Assembly (NCBI GenBank): GCA_963827655.1
Contig: CAWHCF010000052.1
Span: forward strand, 119,979 to 183,978
Origin: an uncultured Acidobacteriota bacterium
GTDB lineage: Bacteria; Acidobacteriota; UBA6911
Direction of reading: 5' to 3'
DNA length: 64,000 nucleotides
Part shown: piece by piece, positions 11,377 to 21,770 of the stretch
How the letters are laid out: the number at the start of each line of letters is the position of its first letter
How positions within the stretch are numbered: position 1 is the stretch's first letter
Position numbers and translations under genes: made by a program
The notes under the pieces: model-generated
What the model saw: the letters and a program-made list of their open reading frames with translations, nothing else
Databases searched by the model: none
Told to the model about the DNA's origin: nothing

Positions 11377-12575
11377 AGGTAGCCCTGGGAATCACCGGGT
11401 GCATCGCCGCCTACAAGGCGATCGAAGTCATGCGCGGGCTGCAAAAGGCCGGCCTGTCCGTCCAGGTGGTGCTCACGCGGTCGGCGCTGAAGTTTGTTGC
11501 GCCTCTAACCTTCGAGTCGCTCTCCGGTCGACGAGTCATTACCGGCATGTTCCGGCCCGGAGACAACTCCCGGATCGAGCACATCCGAGTGGCTCAGGAA
11601 ATCCAGCTGCTCGCGGTGGTGCCGGCTACAGCGAACGTTCTCGCCAAGTTTGCGTCCGGGATTGCCGACGATTTTCTCACGACACTCTACCTCTCCACGC
11701 CGGCCCCGGTGTTGCTGGCGCCGGCCATGAACGTGGAGATGTGGAATCACCCCGCCGTCCGGGCCAGCGTCGATACGCTGAACTCGCGCGGTCACACCTT
11801 CGTCAACCCCGAACCCGGGATGCTGGCCTGCGGTATGGAGGGGGAAGGCCGTCTGGCAGAGACTGACACGATTGTGTCGGAAATATTGGCTCTGGTTCGC
11901 CGCGGAGATTCACTCGCGGGTTTGAAGGTCCTGGTTACCGCCGGCCCCACCGTGGAAGACATCGATCCGGTCCGGTTTATTTCCAATCGAAGTTCCGGAA
12001 AAACGGGGTATGCCCTGGCTCAGGCCGCCCGCCTTAGGGGAGCCCAGGTCTTTTTGATATCCGGCCCCACCCATTTGACTTGTCCCTCAGGCGTGCAGTC
12101 GATCCGCGTCCGTGGCGCGGCGGAAATGAAGGACGCCGTGCTTCGTCTTTATCCCGAGATGGATATCGTAGTAAAGGCAGCGGCAGTCACTGATTACCGT
12201 CCGGCACAGTTCCACACAAACAAGGTAAAGAAGAGCGCGACTCCAACCTCTCTTCCGCTCGCTCCAACCGAGGACATACTGGCAGCGCTCGGCAAGGCGA
12301 AAGACCATCAAATATTGATCGGATTTGCGGCCGAAACCCAGGATCTCATGGCCAATGCGCGCGACAAAATGCTTCGCAAGAACCTGGACTTGATTGTGGC
12401 CAATGATGTCTCCCGCGGAGTTTTCGGCGAAGATACCGCGACCGTTCATATCCTGACCGGCACGGGCGATGTGGTGACCCTGAATCAAGAGTCCAAGCTC
12501 TCCATCGCTCATCGACTCCTCGATATGGCCCTGACCGCATTGGAGAATCGAAAGAGCCAGCAGGTGCCCGGCTAA
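11373..12575 (+). CDS. coaBC: Bifunctional phosphopantothenoylcysteine decarboxylase/synthase
   Basis: GCIAAYK, PAMNVEM, DPVRFISNRSSGK, GFAAET. Confidence 0.96.
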   Translation: MKVALGITGCIAAYKAIEVMRGLQKAGLSVQVVLTRSALKFVAPLTFESLSGRRVITGMFRPGDNSRIEHIRVAQEIQLLAVVPATANVLAKFASGIADDFLTTLYLSTPAPVLLAPAMNVEMWNHPAVRASVDTLNSRGHTFVNPEPGMLACGMEGEGRLAETDTIVSEILALVRRGDSLAGLKVLVTAGPTVEDIDPVRFISNRSSGKTGYALAQAARLRGAQVFLISGPTHLTCPSGVQSIRVRGAAEMKDAVLRLYPEMDIVVKAAAVTDYRPAQFHTNKVKKSATPTSLPLAPTEDILAALGKAKDHQILIGFAAETQDLMANARDKMLRKNLDLIVANDVSRGVFGEDTATVHILTGTGDVVTLNQESKLSIAHRLLDMALTALENRKSQQVPG

Positions 12576-12589
12576 GGCGTCGGTCGATT

Positions 12590-12624
12590 CTTGGTGTTTC
12601 TTCGTGTCTTTGTGTCCTAGTGGT
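12590..12624. repeat. Short intergenic tandem array of ~8-bp CTTCGTGT-like units
   Basis: CTTGGTGTTT CTTCGTGT CTTTGTGT CCTAGTGGT; relatives at 1570, 16829, 17123, 18109 and 18144. Confidence 0.75.
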
Positions 12625-12670
12625 ATTGTTTGGCGGCTGCCACAAAGAGCCCGAATCTCTTCTGCAGGAC

Positions 12671-13561
12671 ATGAAAAGCGGCACTGTTGTAATCATCGGA
12701 CGTCCGAACTCAGGTAAATCCACACTTCTTAACAGCCTCATCGGTCAAAAAGTCTCAATTGTGTCCGATAAGCCCCAGACCACCCGGCATCGTATCCTGG
12801 GCATCCTCACCGAGCCTCGCGGCCAGAGCGTATTCCTCGATACCCCTGGTATACATAAACCGGGTTATCGTATGAACCAGCGGATGATGAGATCGGTGGT
12901 GGACTCGCTGAAAAACGTCGACCTGGTCCTTCTGGTCGTGGATGCCTCCATCTCCTTTGGCGCCGGCGAGCGCTTTGTTCTGGACCTGGTGAAAAATGCC
13001 GGCCACAAGACTCTTCTGCTGCTGAACAAGATCGATCGAATCTCCAAGCCCCGCCTTCTCCCCATCATGCAGCGGTACAGCAATGAATTTGGCTTTCTCG
13101 AACTGATACCGCTGTCGGCTCTGACCCACGAGAATCTAGACCTGCTCATCGATAATATTTTCAAGTACCTTCCGGAGGGGCCGCCGCTGTTCGAGTCCGA
13201 CCAATTCACGGATCGCACGGAAAGATTTCTCACGTCCGAGCTCATACGGGAGAAGATCCTGGCACGCACACGTGAGGAATTGCCCTACAGCACCGGAGTT
13301 GTGGTGCGAACCTTCGATGAAAGCAAGAGGGCGGGAAACGATCTCGTGCTCATCGGCGCGGACATTCTCGTTGAAAAAAAGTCGCAGCAGGGTATTATCG
13401 TCGGCAAGGGCGGGACTCTCCTGCGCGACATCGGAACCCTGGCCCGAAGAGACATCGAGCTGCTTCTCGGCTGCAGGGTGCACCTGGACCTGAGGGTCCG
13501 GACGATGAGCAAGTGGCGCAACAACGATGTGGTCCTGGATGAGATGGAACTAGGAGGATGA
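12671..13561 (+). CDS. era: GTPase Era
   Basis: GRPNSGKST, PQTTR, DTPG, NKID, KH domain GKGG. Confidence 0.96.
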   Translation: MKSGTVVIIGRPNSGKSTLLNSLIGQKVSIVSDKPQTTRHRILGILTEPRGQSVFLDTPGIHKPGYRMNQRMMRSVVDSLKNVDLVLLVVDASISFGAGERFVLDLVKNAGHKTLLLLNKIDRISKPRLLPIMQRYSNEFGFLELIPLSALTHENLDLLIDNIFKYLPEGPPLFESDQFTDRTERFLTSELIREKILARTREELPYSTGVVVRTFDESKRAGNDLVLIGADILVEKKSQQGIIVGKGGTLLRDIGTLARRDIELLLGCRVHLDLRVRTMSKWRNNDVVLDEMELGG

Positions 13562-14349
13562 CGGACGCAAGACGGCTCGCACAAGAGATACTGACCTACT
13601 TGCGCTTCTACCGAGACATCGGGATAGACTGGCTCCGGCCCGTCGCCTCGCCGGCCACGTCTCGCCCTGGCACGAGCATGAAAGTCGAGCCCGGAGTCCC
13701 TTCTTCCCCGCAGCCCGATCCGGTGAAATCTTCGAGCAGAATATTTTCACAACCGCGATCTATGTTCGAGACTATTGCCATGCCTGCCGAAAGCCTGGCG
13801 GCAATCCGTGACGATCTGGGCGAATGCCAGCGCTGCAAGCTGGCTCCGACGCGAAAAAACATTGTCTTTGGATCGGGGAATCCTCACGCCGACTTGATGT
13901 TCGTAGGCGAGGCCCCGGGGGCTGATGAAGATGAACAGGGATTGCCGTTCGTGGGTCGAGCGGGCCAGTTGCTGACCAAGATCATTGAAGCCATCGACCT
14001 GAAGAGGGACGACGTATACATCTGCAACATCCTGAAGTGCCGTCCTCCGGGTAATCGCAATCCCGAGGGCGACGAAGTAGCCTCATGCGAGCCTTTTCTC
14101 TTGCGACAAGTCGCTTCCGTGAAGCCCAAAGTAATTTGTGCGCTCGGCACCTTCGGCGCTCAAACGCTGCTGCGCACCAAAGAGCCAATCTCAAAGCTTC
14201 GCGGGCACTTGATCGATTTCCGCGGTGCCAAACTCATGGCTACCTTTCATCCCGCCTATCTCTTGAGGAATCCCAACGAGAAGCGTAAGGTCTGGGAAGA
14301 CATCCAGAAAATCAGGGATTACCTCAGGTCCTTACCTTCCGGCAAATGA
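13558..14349 (+). CDS. Uracil-DNA glycosylase, family 4 (Fe-S)
   Basis: [30 protein letters not shown]. Confidence 0.95.
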   Translation: MTDARRLAQEILTYLRFYRDIGIDWLRPVASPATSRPGTSMKVEPGVPSSPQPDPVKSSSRIFSQPRSMFETIAMPAESLAAIRDDLGECQRCKLAPTRKNIVFGSGNPHADLMFVGEAPGADEDEQGLPFVGRAGQLLTKIIEAIDLKRDDVYICNILKCRPPGNRNPEGDEVASCEPFLLRQVASVKPKVICALGTFGAQTLLRTKEPISKLRGHLIDFRGAKLMATFHPAYLLRNPNEKRKVWEDIQKIRDYLRSLPSGK

Positions 14350-16805
14350 AATATGTGGACGTCGCGGTTCCCCTAGGAGTGCGGAAGACCTTCGCCTATT
14401 CCGTTCCGGCTCAGCTCCGCGATCAAGCCGTGCGCGGCGTGCGCGTTCTCGTTCCCTTCGGACGCAAGATAATCACGGGCTTCGTCGTCGGCGCGTCGCC
14501 CCACCCTCCGGACGGAAACTTCAAAGTGCGGTCCATTCGCGACGTTTTGGATCCTGCGCCGATGATTCCGGCAGTCTTGGTGGAGACGGCGCTTTGGGTG
14601 GCTGAGCGCTATTTCACATCTCCCGGAGAAATACTGAAGGCCGCTCTTCCGGCAGGAAGCCAGATTACAGGCTCTCAGCAGATCCGCCTCACGCCTCGCG
14701 CCGAGAGATTGCTCGCCGGCGGACTACGCCCCACTAGCCTGAGCTCCCAGGCCAACTCCATCCTGAATACTCTTTCGCATGAAGGACCCTTGACGCTGCC
14801 ACAGCTTTCCCGACACGGCGGAGTGCGGGATGCGTCCCGCTGGTTGGGTTCTCTGGCGCAAGAGGGGTGGATCACAATCGAGGAGAAATTGCAGCGGCCG
14901 CGCGTGAGCGAGAAGGAACGGCTCGGAATCCGCGCGCTTGCGCCGGCAGGACAGAATCTCGAAAGCCTGACGCCCCTTCAGCGCGCGCTTTACTCGTTGC
15001 TGGAACCCGGAGGGAAGCCGGTTCCCTTGAAAGAAACGCTGCGCGCGACGCGGGCCTCGGGTTCGGTGGCTCAAGCTCTGGAGCGCAAAGGCCTGGCGGA
15101 GATCGCGCCGCTCAAGCTTCTCCGGATTCCTGTGGACATAGCGGAGGCGCCGGCGCCGGCCACCCATGATCTCACTGCAGTCCAGCAACAGATCTTCCAC
15201 GAGCTGCGCGCGGGGCTGTCACAAGGCGTGGCCACGCGATACTTGATTCATGGCGTGACCGGAAGCGGGAAGACGGAGATCTATCTGAAGCTGATCGCGG
15301 AAGTGCTCCGGCAGGGTCACGCATCTATCCTCATGGTGCCTGAGATCGGGCTTACCCCGCTGCTCGCGCGCATTGCCACGTCTCATTTTCCGGATCAGGT
15401 AGCCCTCATGCACAGCGCGATGTCGCCCGGCGAGAGATTCGATCAATGGCATCGCATTCGATCCGGAGAAGCGCGAGTTGTGGTCGGAACTCGCTCCGCC
15501 GTATTCGCGCCGCTGCAAGACCTCCGCCTGATCATTGTCGACGAAGAGCAAGACGCTTCCTACAAGCAGGACGAGACTCCCGTCTATCACGCCCGTGAGG
15601 TTGCCTGGCACCGAATACAGCAGTCCTCGGGAGTGCTCCTCATGGGATCCGCCACTCCTTCGATCGAGACTTTTCATAGCGCTCGGAACACAAAGGAGAT
15701 CCGATACCTGGCCCTCCCTGAGCGATTCCAGGCTCGGCCTCTCCCTCAGGTTACCCTGGTCGATATGGCGCTCGAATTCCAGCGCTATGGCAAGAACAGC
15801 GTGGTTTCCAAGACGCTGCAGCAAGAGTTGAAAGAGCGACTCCGGCTGGGTGAACAGTCCATTATCATGCTCAACCGGCGTGGGTACTCCACCATGTTGC
15901 TATGCCGCAGTTGTGGCCATACTACTTCCTGCCCGGACTGCAGTATCTCGCTGACCTACCATCAGGAACAGAGGCGTCTCATCTGTCACTACTGCGGCAT
16001 CGAACAGCGACCTCCGTCGGCCTGCACCAGTTGCGGAGGCGAATACATCTACTATGTCGGAGTGGGGAGCGAGCAGCTCGAAGAGGTGCTTCGATCCTTG
16101 TTCCCCGCGGCCCGTATCGCCCGCTTCGACCGGGATTCAACCCGGCGGCGCGGTGCCTTGCGCAAGATCCTGCTCGAGTTTGCCGATGGAAATTTAGACA
16201 TCCTGGTCGGCACCCAGATGCTGGCGAAGGGGCATGACTTTCCCAACGTCACCCTGGTTGGGGTGATCGGATCCGATGCCGGGCTCGCCTTTCCGGACTT
16301 TCGCTCGGCCGAACGGACGTTTCAGCTCTTGACGCAGGTTGCCGGTCGATCCGGCCGTGGAGAGACACCCGGCCAGGTTGTAATCCAATCGTTCTATCCG
16401 AATCATTACGTTCTGAGATTCGCCCGGAACCAGGACTACACGGGCTTCTTCGAGCGCGAGATCGAATACCGCAAGCTTTTGGGCTATCCCCCGTTTGCTC
16501 GTCTCGCTCAGATTGTGGTCAGCAATGCCAGCCAGGTCGAAGCCTCGAAGGTGGGCCGAAAGATTGCGGCGGCCATCAAATCCCAGAGCCAGCGTCATGA
16601 ACTCAACAGCCAGCTTCGCATCCTCGGGCCCGCCGTGGCTCCACTCGAGAAGCTACGCGGAAAATACCGCTACCAGGTGCTGCTCAAGAGTCCCCCGGGA
16701 ACCGACCTGACGCCGGTTTTGCGCGACGCCTTCGCTGAGTTGGGAACTCACCGCGTTCCTCTAAAGGATGTCCGGGTGGACATCGATCCGCTCTCTCTTT
16801 TATGA
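14346..16805 (+). CDS. priA: Primosomal protein N' helicase
   Basis: GVTGSGKTE, DEEQD, NRRGY, CxxC zinc cluster, QVAGRSGR. Confidence 0.97.
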   Translation: MKYVDVAVPLGVRKTFAYSVPAQLRDQAVRGVRVLVPFGRKIITGFVVGASPHPPDGNFKVRSIRDVLDPAPMIPAVLVETALWVAERYFTSPGEILKAALPAGSQITGSQQIRLTPRAERLLAGGLRPTSLSSQANSILNTLSHEGPLTLPQLSRHGGVRDASRWLGSLAQEGWITIEEKLQRPRVSEKERLGIRALAPAGQNLESLTPLQRALYSLLEPGGKPVPLKETLRATRASGSVAQALERKGLAEIAPLKLLRIPVDIAEAPAPATHDLTAVQQQIFHELRAGLSQGVATRYLIHGVTGSGKTEIYLKLIAEVLRQGHASILMVPEIGLTPLLARIATSHFPDQVALMHSAMSPGERFDQWHRIRSGEARVVVGTRSAVFAPLQDLRLIIVDEEQDASYKQDETPVYHAREVAWHRIQQSSGVLLMGSATPSIETFHSARNTKEIRYLALPERFQARPLPQVTLVDMALEFQRYGKNSVVSKTLQQELKERLRLGEQSIIMLNRRGYSTMLLCRSCGHTTSCPDCSISLTYHQEQRRLICHYCGIEQRPPSACTSCGGEYIYYVGVGSEQLEEVLRSLFPAARIARFDRDSTRRRGALRKILLEFADGNLDILVGTQMLAKGHDFPNVTLVGVIGSDAGLAFPDFRSAERTFQLLTQVAGRSGRGETPGQVVIQSFYPNHYVLRFARNQDYTGFFEREIEYRKLLGYPPFARLAQIVVSNASQVEASKVGRKIAAAIKSQSQRHELNSQLRILGPAVAPLEKLRGKYRYQVLLKSPPGTDLTPVLRDAFAELGTHRVPLKDVRVDIDPLSLL

Positions 16806-16828
16806 AGAGTCTATTTTCGTCCAGTTCT

Positions 16829-16864
16829 CTTGGTGTTCCTTCGTGTCTTCGTGGCTTTGTGGTT
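16829..16864. repeat. CTTCGTGT-type short tandem array
   Basis: CTTGGTGTTC CTTCGTGT CTTCGTGG CTTTGTGGT. Confidence 0.75.
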
Positions 16865-16890
16865 AGAAATTTTCTAACAAGTCCCACTAA

Positions 16891-17120
16891 GGGTTCGCGC
16901 AAAAATAACTTCGCATTCTGGCTGCGAGGTCAATCATGAACCGGTTTCTGTTAGCCAACCACGCTGAGGATCGCGCCCCGTTCGGGCGTGCGGCCCGACA
17001 GGCCCGCTGGCTTTGTTGCTCGCTCCTCACGTACCGCCCCGGGTACGCATCGTCGCTCGCGCCTCGCCAGCGGGCCTGGGGGCCTGCAGCCAGAATGCGA
17101 ACTTATTTCTGCGCGAACCC
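16891..17120 (-). mobile_element. MITE copy 2 (inverted orientation), TAA target-site duplication
   Basis: TAA|GGGTTCGCGC...GCGCGAACCC|TAA; interior is the reverse complement of copy 3. Confidence 0.92.
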
Positions 17121-17181
17121 TAAGACTCAAAGACGCGAAGGGCATTGTCTTGATACCTGAGGCTGTGTTATTGGGTTTCTT

Positions 17182-18099
17182 ATGAAGGCTCACCGCGAGC
17201 GGAGCGAATCTCATGCCCCGCACCGGCATACCAGCAACCGGGAACTTTTTCTGGCTCTCTGCATCACGGGTAGCTGGTTCGTTGTGGAGCTCCTGGCCGG
17301 GTTTCTCACCAATAGCCTGGCGCTTCTGGCCGATGCGGGTCACATGCTGACCGACCTTGCCGCGCTCTCATTGAGCCTGGTGGCAGTGAAGATCTCGGCC
17401 CGCCCCGCGACGCATGAAAAAACATACGGCTATCTTCGAGCGGAGATCCTGGCCGCGCTCGCCAATGGAATTTTTCTGGTTCTGGTTGCCGTCTACATCT
17501 TCTATGAAGCGTACCGGCGGTTGATGGCTCCCCCCATCGTCAAGAGCGGAGCAATGCTGGCGGTAGCATCGGTCGGCCTCGTGGCCAATCTGGTTACCGC
17601 GGGCCTTCTTTACCGCAACCAGCACAAGAACTTGAATATTCGCGGCGCGTTTCTCCACGTAGTTGGCGACACGCTCGGCTCCGTCGGGGCGATCGCCGCC
17701 GGCATAGCCATGGTCGTGTGGCAGTGGTATCTGGCGGATCCGCTGGTGTCGGTTGTGGTCGCGGTTCTGGTGCTCTACAGTTCTTGGCAGCTGGTACGAG
17801 AGAGCGTGGATGTTCTGCTGGAAGGGACGCCGCGTCACCTGAATATTTCCAGCATTCTTGCCGATCTCGGCACTGTGCGGGGCGTGCTGTCGGTTCACGA
17901 CCTGCACGTCTGGTCCATCACATCGGGGATGCCGGCTATGAGCTGCCATATCATCATTCGAAGCGATGAAGATTCGTCGACCATTCTGGCGGCCCTGAGC
18001 CGGCTCATGAGAGAGAAACACCAGATTGAACACACCACGATCCAGATCGAGAGAGAAAACTGGGTTGTCCCCATGGTCGGATCAAAACCGCTCTTTTGA
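17182..18099 (+). CDS. Cation diffusion facilitator (CzcD/ZitB-like)
   Basis: SLALLADAGHMLTD, GAFLHVVGD, HDLHVW, HTTIQIE. Confidence 0.95.
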   Translation: MKAHRERSESHAPHRHTSNRELFLALCITGSWFVVELLAGFLTNSLALLADAGHMLTDLAALSLSLVAVKISARPATHEKTYGYLRAEILAALANGIFLVLVAVYIFYEAYRRLMAPPIVKSGAMLAVASVGLVANLVTAGLLYRNQHKNLNIRGAFLHVVGDTLGSVGAIAAGIAMVVWQWYLADPLVSVVVAVLVLYSSWQLVRESVDVLLEGTPRHLNISSILADLGTVRGVLSVHDLHVWSITSGMPAMSCHIIIRSDEDSSTILAALSRLMREKHQIEHTTIQIERENWVVPMVGSKPLF

Positions 18100-18108
18100 T
18101 TAGTTGGG

Positions 18109-18178
18109 CTGCGTGTCTTCGTGGTCAGGGCGGCGAAACAAATACCACTTGGGCACAAAGACACGAAGAAACACAAGA
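18109..18178. repeat. Inverted pair of CTTCGTGT-type arrays after the CDF gene (possible terminator/hairpin)
   Basis: CTGCGTGTCTTCGTGGT ... ACCACTTGGGCACAAAGACACGAAGAAACACAAG. Confidence 0.65.
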
Positions 18179-18443
18179 GGCATTTCATTTTTTGATTGCA
18201 ATTTCGCGGGCCGTGACTGAAAATTCCCCTTTGTCCAATGACTACTCTCGCCATTTACTCGCTTGATTTCCCGCAAGCATTGCTCGCAACCGCTCGGCAA
18301 GTTTCGTGAGATCCATGTCTGCGTCTACACTCTCTACAAGCCGATGACGAGTCGACAGGATCATAGTTATTCCCGATGAACCGGCGAGCCCTCGGATTTC
18401 AACCGATAGAAAACTGTCCGTGCCCTATTCGAAGGAGAGCCTC

Positions 18444-19340
18444 ATGAAGGAGAAAGACGAAGGCCGGCCTTCCGGTCTGCGGCGAGTACTGGAAGACGAG
18501 CATCTGAGAGGTGATGATGATCCTCCGGCCTCTGCGACTCAATCGTTAGACACGCTCAAAGAGGGATACTCATGGGTGCGCTCGCTGGCGGCACGCTATC
18601 CTGGGTGGCACCTGGCCTCGGTCGACGGATTTCCGTTCACATTGCCCGTCAAGGGACTTTCCGAGTCACGAGTCTGCCTGATCAGTCTCGGAGGTGTCTA
18701 TCGCAAGGGGCAAAAACCGTTTAACACCTCACCCGGCGTAGTTCCACCTCAGCTTCGCAACATGCGGTTTCGCGATCGAGGAGATTGGTCTGTTCGCGAG
18801 ATTCCCGTCGACACCGACCCGACGGAGCTCGAGATCGCCCATGCGCACTACGATCACAGCGACGCCGATGAAGACATCAACTGCGTGTTTCCGCTGGCTC
18901 GCCTGCGCGAATTGGAAGTGGAAGGTTTCATCGGTGAATGCGCCGACGTTCATTACGGCATGATGGGCTATATTCCCGAGGTGAAGCTCGTGCTTCAGAC
19001 CGCCAGCGACGACATCATCCCGCGCTTGCAGCATCACAAGGTCGACGCGGTGGTAATAAGCGGAGGCTGCGAGCTAAGCCACCAGACCGCAGGCCTGATC
19101 CAAAGGGAGATCGAATCCGCCGGAATCCCCACGGTCGGAATCTCCGTATGCCAGGACATCACCTACCAGCTTCAAGTGCCGCGCGCAGCGGTCCTGGGAT
19201 TTCCCCTGGGCAATCCCTTCGGCGCCGCGATGGATGCCACGATGCAATCTCGAGTTCTAAGAGACGGGCTCTCCCTCTTGCCGGGCGTTCAAACCCCCGG
19301 GGAAATCGTGAGGCTCCCCTACGATTGGGTCAAAATGTGA
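18444..19340 (+). CDS. GrdB/PrdB-family (glycine/betaine/proline reductase selenoprotein B-like) protein, Cys variant
   Basis: HYDHSDADEDINCVFPL, 'GGCELSHQTAGLIQREIESAGIPTV', VPRA...FPLGNPFG. Confidence 0.8.
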   Translation: MKEKDEGRPSGLRRVLEDEHLRGDDDPPASATQSLDTLKEGYSWVRSLAARYPGWHLASVDGFPFTLPVKGLSESRVCLISLGGVYRKGQKPFNTSPGVVPPQLRNMRFRDRGDWSVREIPVDTDPTELEIAHAHYDHSDADEDINCVFPLARLRELEVEGFIGECADVHYGMMGYIPEVKLVLQTASDDIIPRLQHHKVDAVVISGGCELSHQTAGLIQREIESAGIPTVGISVCQDITYQLQVPRAAVLGFPLGNPFGAAMDATMQSRVLRDGLSLLPGVQTPGEIVRLPYDWVKM

Positions 19341-19349
19341 GACGACCAA

Positions 19350-19926
19350 TCACGGTGCCGGCGGGCTTGGCGGCGGCGGCGGAAAATCCGTTGGCGGCGC
19401 GGGCGGATACGGTAGCGGCGGAGGTCCGCCGATGGCTCCGGGCTTGCGCTTTTCAAAGATCGCTACCCCGAGCGCGCCGCCCAGCATGCCTACGATGCTG
19501 TAGACGATCAGCGTAAAGAAACCGCCCACAATGATGAAGAAAATTCCCGGCCCGCCCCCGTCGGCAAAAATCGAACCCAGGGCATCCTTCGTCTCCGGCG
19601 GAAGATTCGGTACTTGTTCGAGAGCTTCGCGCAAAGGCTCCATGAAATTCACGCCCATCCCTCTCATCATCAAATGCATCGGTATGGCAAAGAGGACATC
19701 GACGATGGCTCCGATAGCCCCGGTCAGCAGTCCCGAGGCCGACACCGCGACCGAGCGTGACCGCAACGGGAGAACTCTTCACATACAGGTTGGCAGCCAG
19801 CATGGTTCCACCAATCACCCATGCGCAGCAAAGACAATTGAGCGCGCTCACGATCGGTATCGCCGACAGGATTCCTAATGTGACCCCTCCGATCAACGCC
19901 GGCTTGAGCATTCCTTCCTGGTTCAT
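19350..19926 (-). CDS. Membrane protein with Pro-rich tail (DUF5518-like), split by a frameshift near 19740
   Basis: ORF 19453..19926 N-terminus (LSAIPIVSALNCLCCAW) continues in ORF 19350..19766. Confidence 0.65.
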
Positions 19927-20456
19927 GAGGCACCTCCTTGAGTGTGGGGAGCATTGACATGCGCCTGCTTCCAGGGAGCTTCACGCAGAAATTCCGAAAC
20001 GCCCGGCACCAGCAGGAGCGAGAGCATGGCGCCGAAGAGGAAGCCCGTCGCGAAACGGCTTGGAGGTCCATTGGTCCAGACCCCGGTGAATGGAAGCATT
20101 ACATCCAGCATGAGTGGAAGCGTCATCCCGACGACAACGGATCTGCGGGTCGAAGGGCGTACGAGTTTCTCAAAGGCCCTCCGATGAAACAGCGCGCCAG
20201 CAAAGAGTCCGAGATAAATTCCCGAACACCTCTGGCAGACCGCCCAGGGATACTCCCACAGAGTGAACGATCTTTCAGGAAGCTGATGGCAAACGGGAGC
20301 GAACACCAGATAGACGAACCCGGCCGCGGTCGAGCGACCTTGGGCCCTGCCGATCGGGGCCGCCAGGATCAATCCACAGACCAGCCCCCACAGCGCGATG
20401 AGAAAAAGCCGCGGCAGGTTGGCGCTCACCAAACGCATGAAAGATATCAGAGTCAT
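19923..20456 (-). CDS. DUF2085-family membrane protein
   Basis: CHQLPERS and VCQRCSGIYLG motifs. Confidence 0.85.
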   Translation of the reverse strand: MTLISFMRLVSANLPRLFLIALWGLVCGLILAAPIGRAQGRSTAAGFVYLVFAPVCHQLPERSFTLWEYPWAVCQRCSGIYLGLFAGALFHRRAFEKLVRPSTRRSVVVGMTLPLMLDVMLPFTGVWTNGPPSRFATGFLFGAMLSLLLVPGVSEFLREAPWKQAHVNAPHTQGGAS

Positions 20457-20595
20457 GTCACCTGGTTTTGTGTGTCGGCGCGATCAGGCTGCGCCATTAT
20501 AACCAAACGGCTCGACAATGCCAGCGTCGCGTTGCTTCGTTTGGCAGGCATTGCACGAGGGACCCCAACAAAACCGCGAAACTTTTTCTGCCGGC

Positions 20596-20611
20596 TGGCA
20601 TCTCTCTTGCA
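20596..20611 (+). promoter_or_regulatory. Sigma54 (-24/-12) promoter upstream of the ATP-grasp/GNAT/KamA operon
   Basis: TGGCAT-CTCTC-TTGCA with GG-N10-GC spacing; a TTGACA-N17-TATACA element also lies at 20700-20728. Confidence 0.65.
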
Positions 20612-20747
20612 TCGGCAAAGTTCCATGGTTAGGACCGCAAGATTTGGTGTTAACAGCGAGTGCTTATCCACTATCTTGTGTTAATCATCGAAATAAACCT
20701 TGACAACTTTTTGTGATTCACTTATACACAAGCAAATGCGAGGGCGG

Positions 20748-21770
20748 ATGCAAATTGGATTGACGTACAACATGAAACGCGGAGCATCCGATGAAGCTCA
20801 GGACCCTCCAAGTAGTCGCGTTGAGGTTCAAGCCGAGTGGGATGATGCGGAAACCATCGAAGCAGTTCAACGCGCCCTCGCCCAACGCCACGACGTAGTT
20901 CTCATTCACGCAACTGAAAACCTCTACGACATTCTTCGCGACCGCCGTCCGGACATTGTCTTCAACATAGCTGAAGGCGAGTTCGGTCCTTGTCGCGAAG
21001 GACACGTTCCGTCGATTCTCGAGTATCTGAATATTCCTTACACGGCGAGCGACCCGCTTGCGCTCAATACGTGCCTGGACAAGGCTCGCACCAAAGAGAT
21101 CCTCGCGTTTCACGGGTTACCCACCGCGCGCTTCCGAGTCGTTTCGGAGAAGAGCTTCTCCTTCAACAGTCTTCACTATCCCTTGGTGGTGAAGCCGCTG
21201 TATGAGGGATCGAGCATCGGCATCCGAAACGATTCTCTGGTGCGAACCCGGCAGGACATGCGTGAACGGGTTTCGTGGCTGCTGGATCGGTACAACGAAC
21301 CGGCCCTGGTCGAGGAGTACCTTGGCGGCAGGGAATTCACCGTGGCGATTCTCGGCAATGGCGAGAGCGCGCGGGTCCTACCCATCATAGAAATCAAACT
21401 TGATTCTCTGCCCAGGGGTGTCAATCCAATCTACTCCTTCGAAGCCAAGTGGATTTGGGACAACAGCAGCAAACCGCTGGACATTTTTGAATGCCCGGCG
21501 CGATTGGATGCTGACCTGCAAGCCGAGATCGAGCGTATCTGCCTGAAAGCCTATCGCCTGCTTCGATGCCGCGATTGGTGCCGGGTCGATGTGCGCCTGG
21601 ATTCCGAAAACCGTCCTCATATCCTGGAACTCAATCCGCTTCCGGGCATTCTTCCTCGCCCCGAAAGCAATTCCTGTTTCCCGAAAGCGGCCCGGGCAGC
21701 GGGGTTGACGTTCGATCAGCTTATCAATACGGTTCTCGATCTGGCTTGCCAGCGTTACGGATTAGGGTGA
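20748..21770 (+). CDS. D-Ala-D-Ala ligase-like ATP-grasp enzyme 1
   Basis: VFNIAEG, VKPLYEGSSIGI, EEYLGGREFTV, RVDVR, LELNPLPG. Confidence 0.9.
   Translation: MQIGLTYNMKRGASDEAQDPPSSRVEVQAEWDDAETIEAVQRALAQRHDVVLIHATENLYDILRDRRPDIVFNIAEGEFGPCREGHVPSILEYLNIPYTASDPLALNTCLDKARTKEILAFHGLPTARFRVVSEKSFSFNSLHYPLVVKPLYEGSSIGIRNDSLVRTRQDMRERVSWLLDRYNEPALVEEYLGGREFTVAILGNGESARVLPIIEIKLDSLPRGVNPIYSFEAKWIWDNSSKPLDIFECPARLDADLQAEIERICLKAYRLLRCRDWCRVDVRLDSENRPHILELNPLPGILPRPESNSCFPKAARAAGLTFDQLINTVLDLACQRYGLG

Noticed and set aside
18444-19340. Selenoprotein with TGA readthrough
   Set aside because: The ORF is continuous and has TGC (Cys) at the Sec-equivalent position
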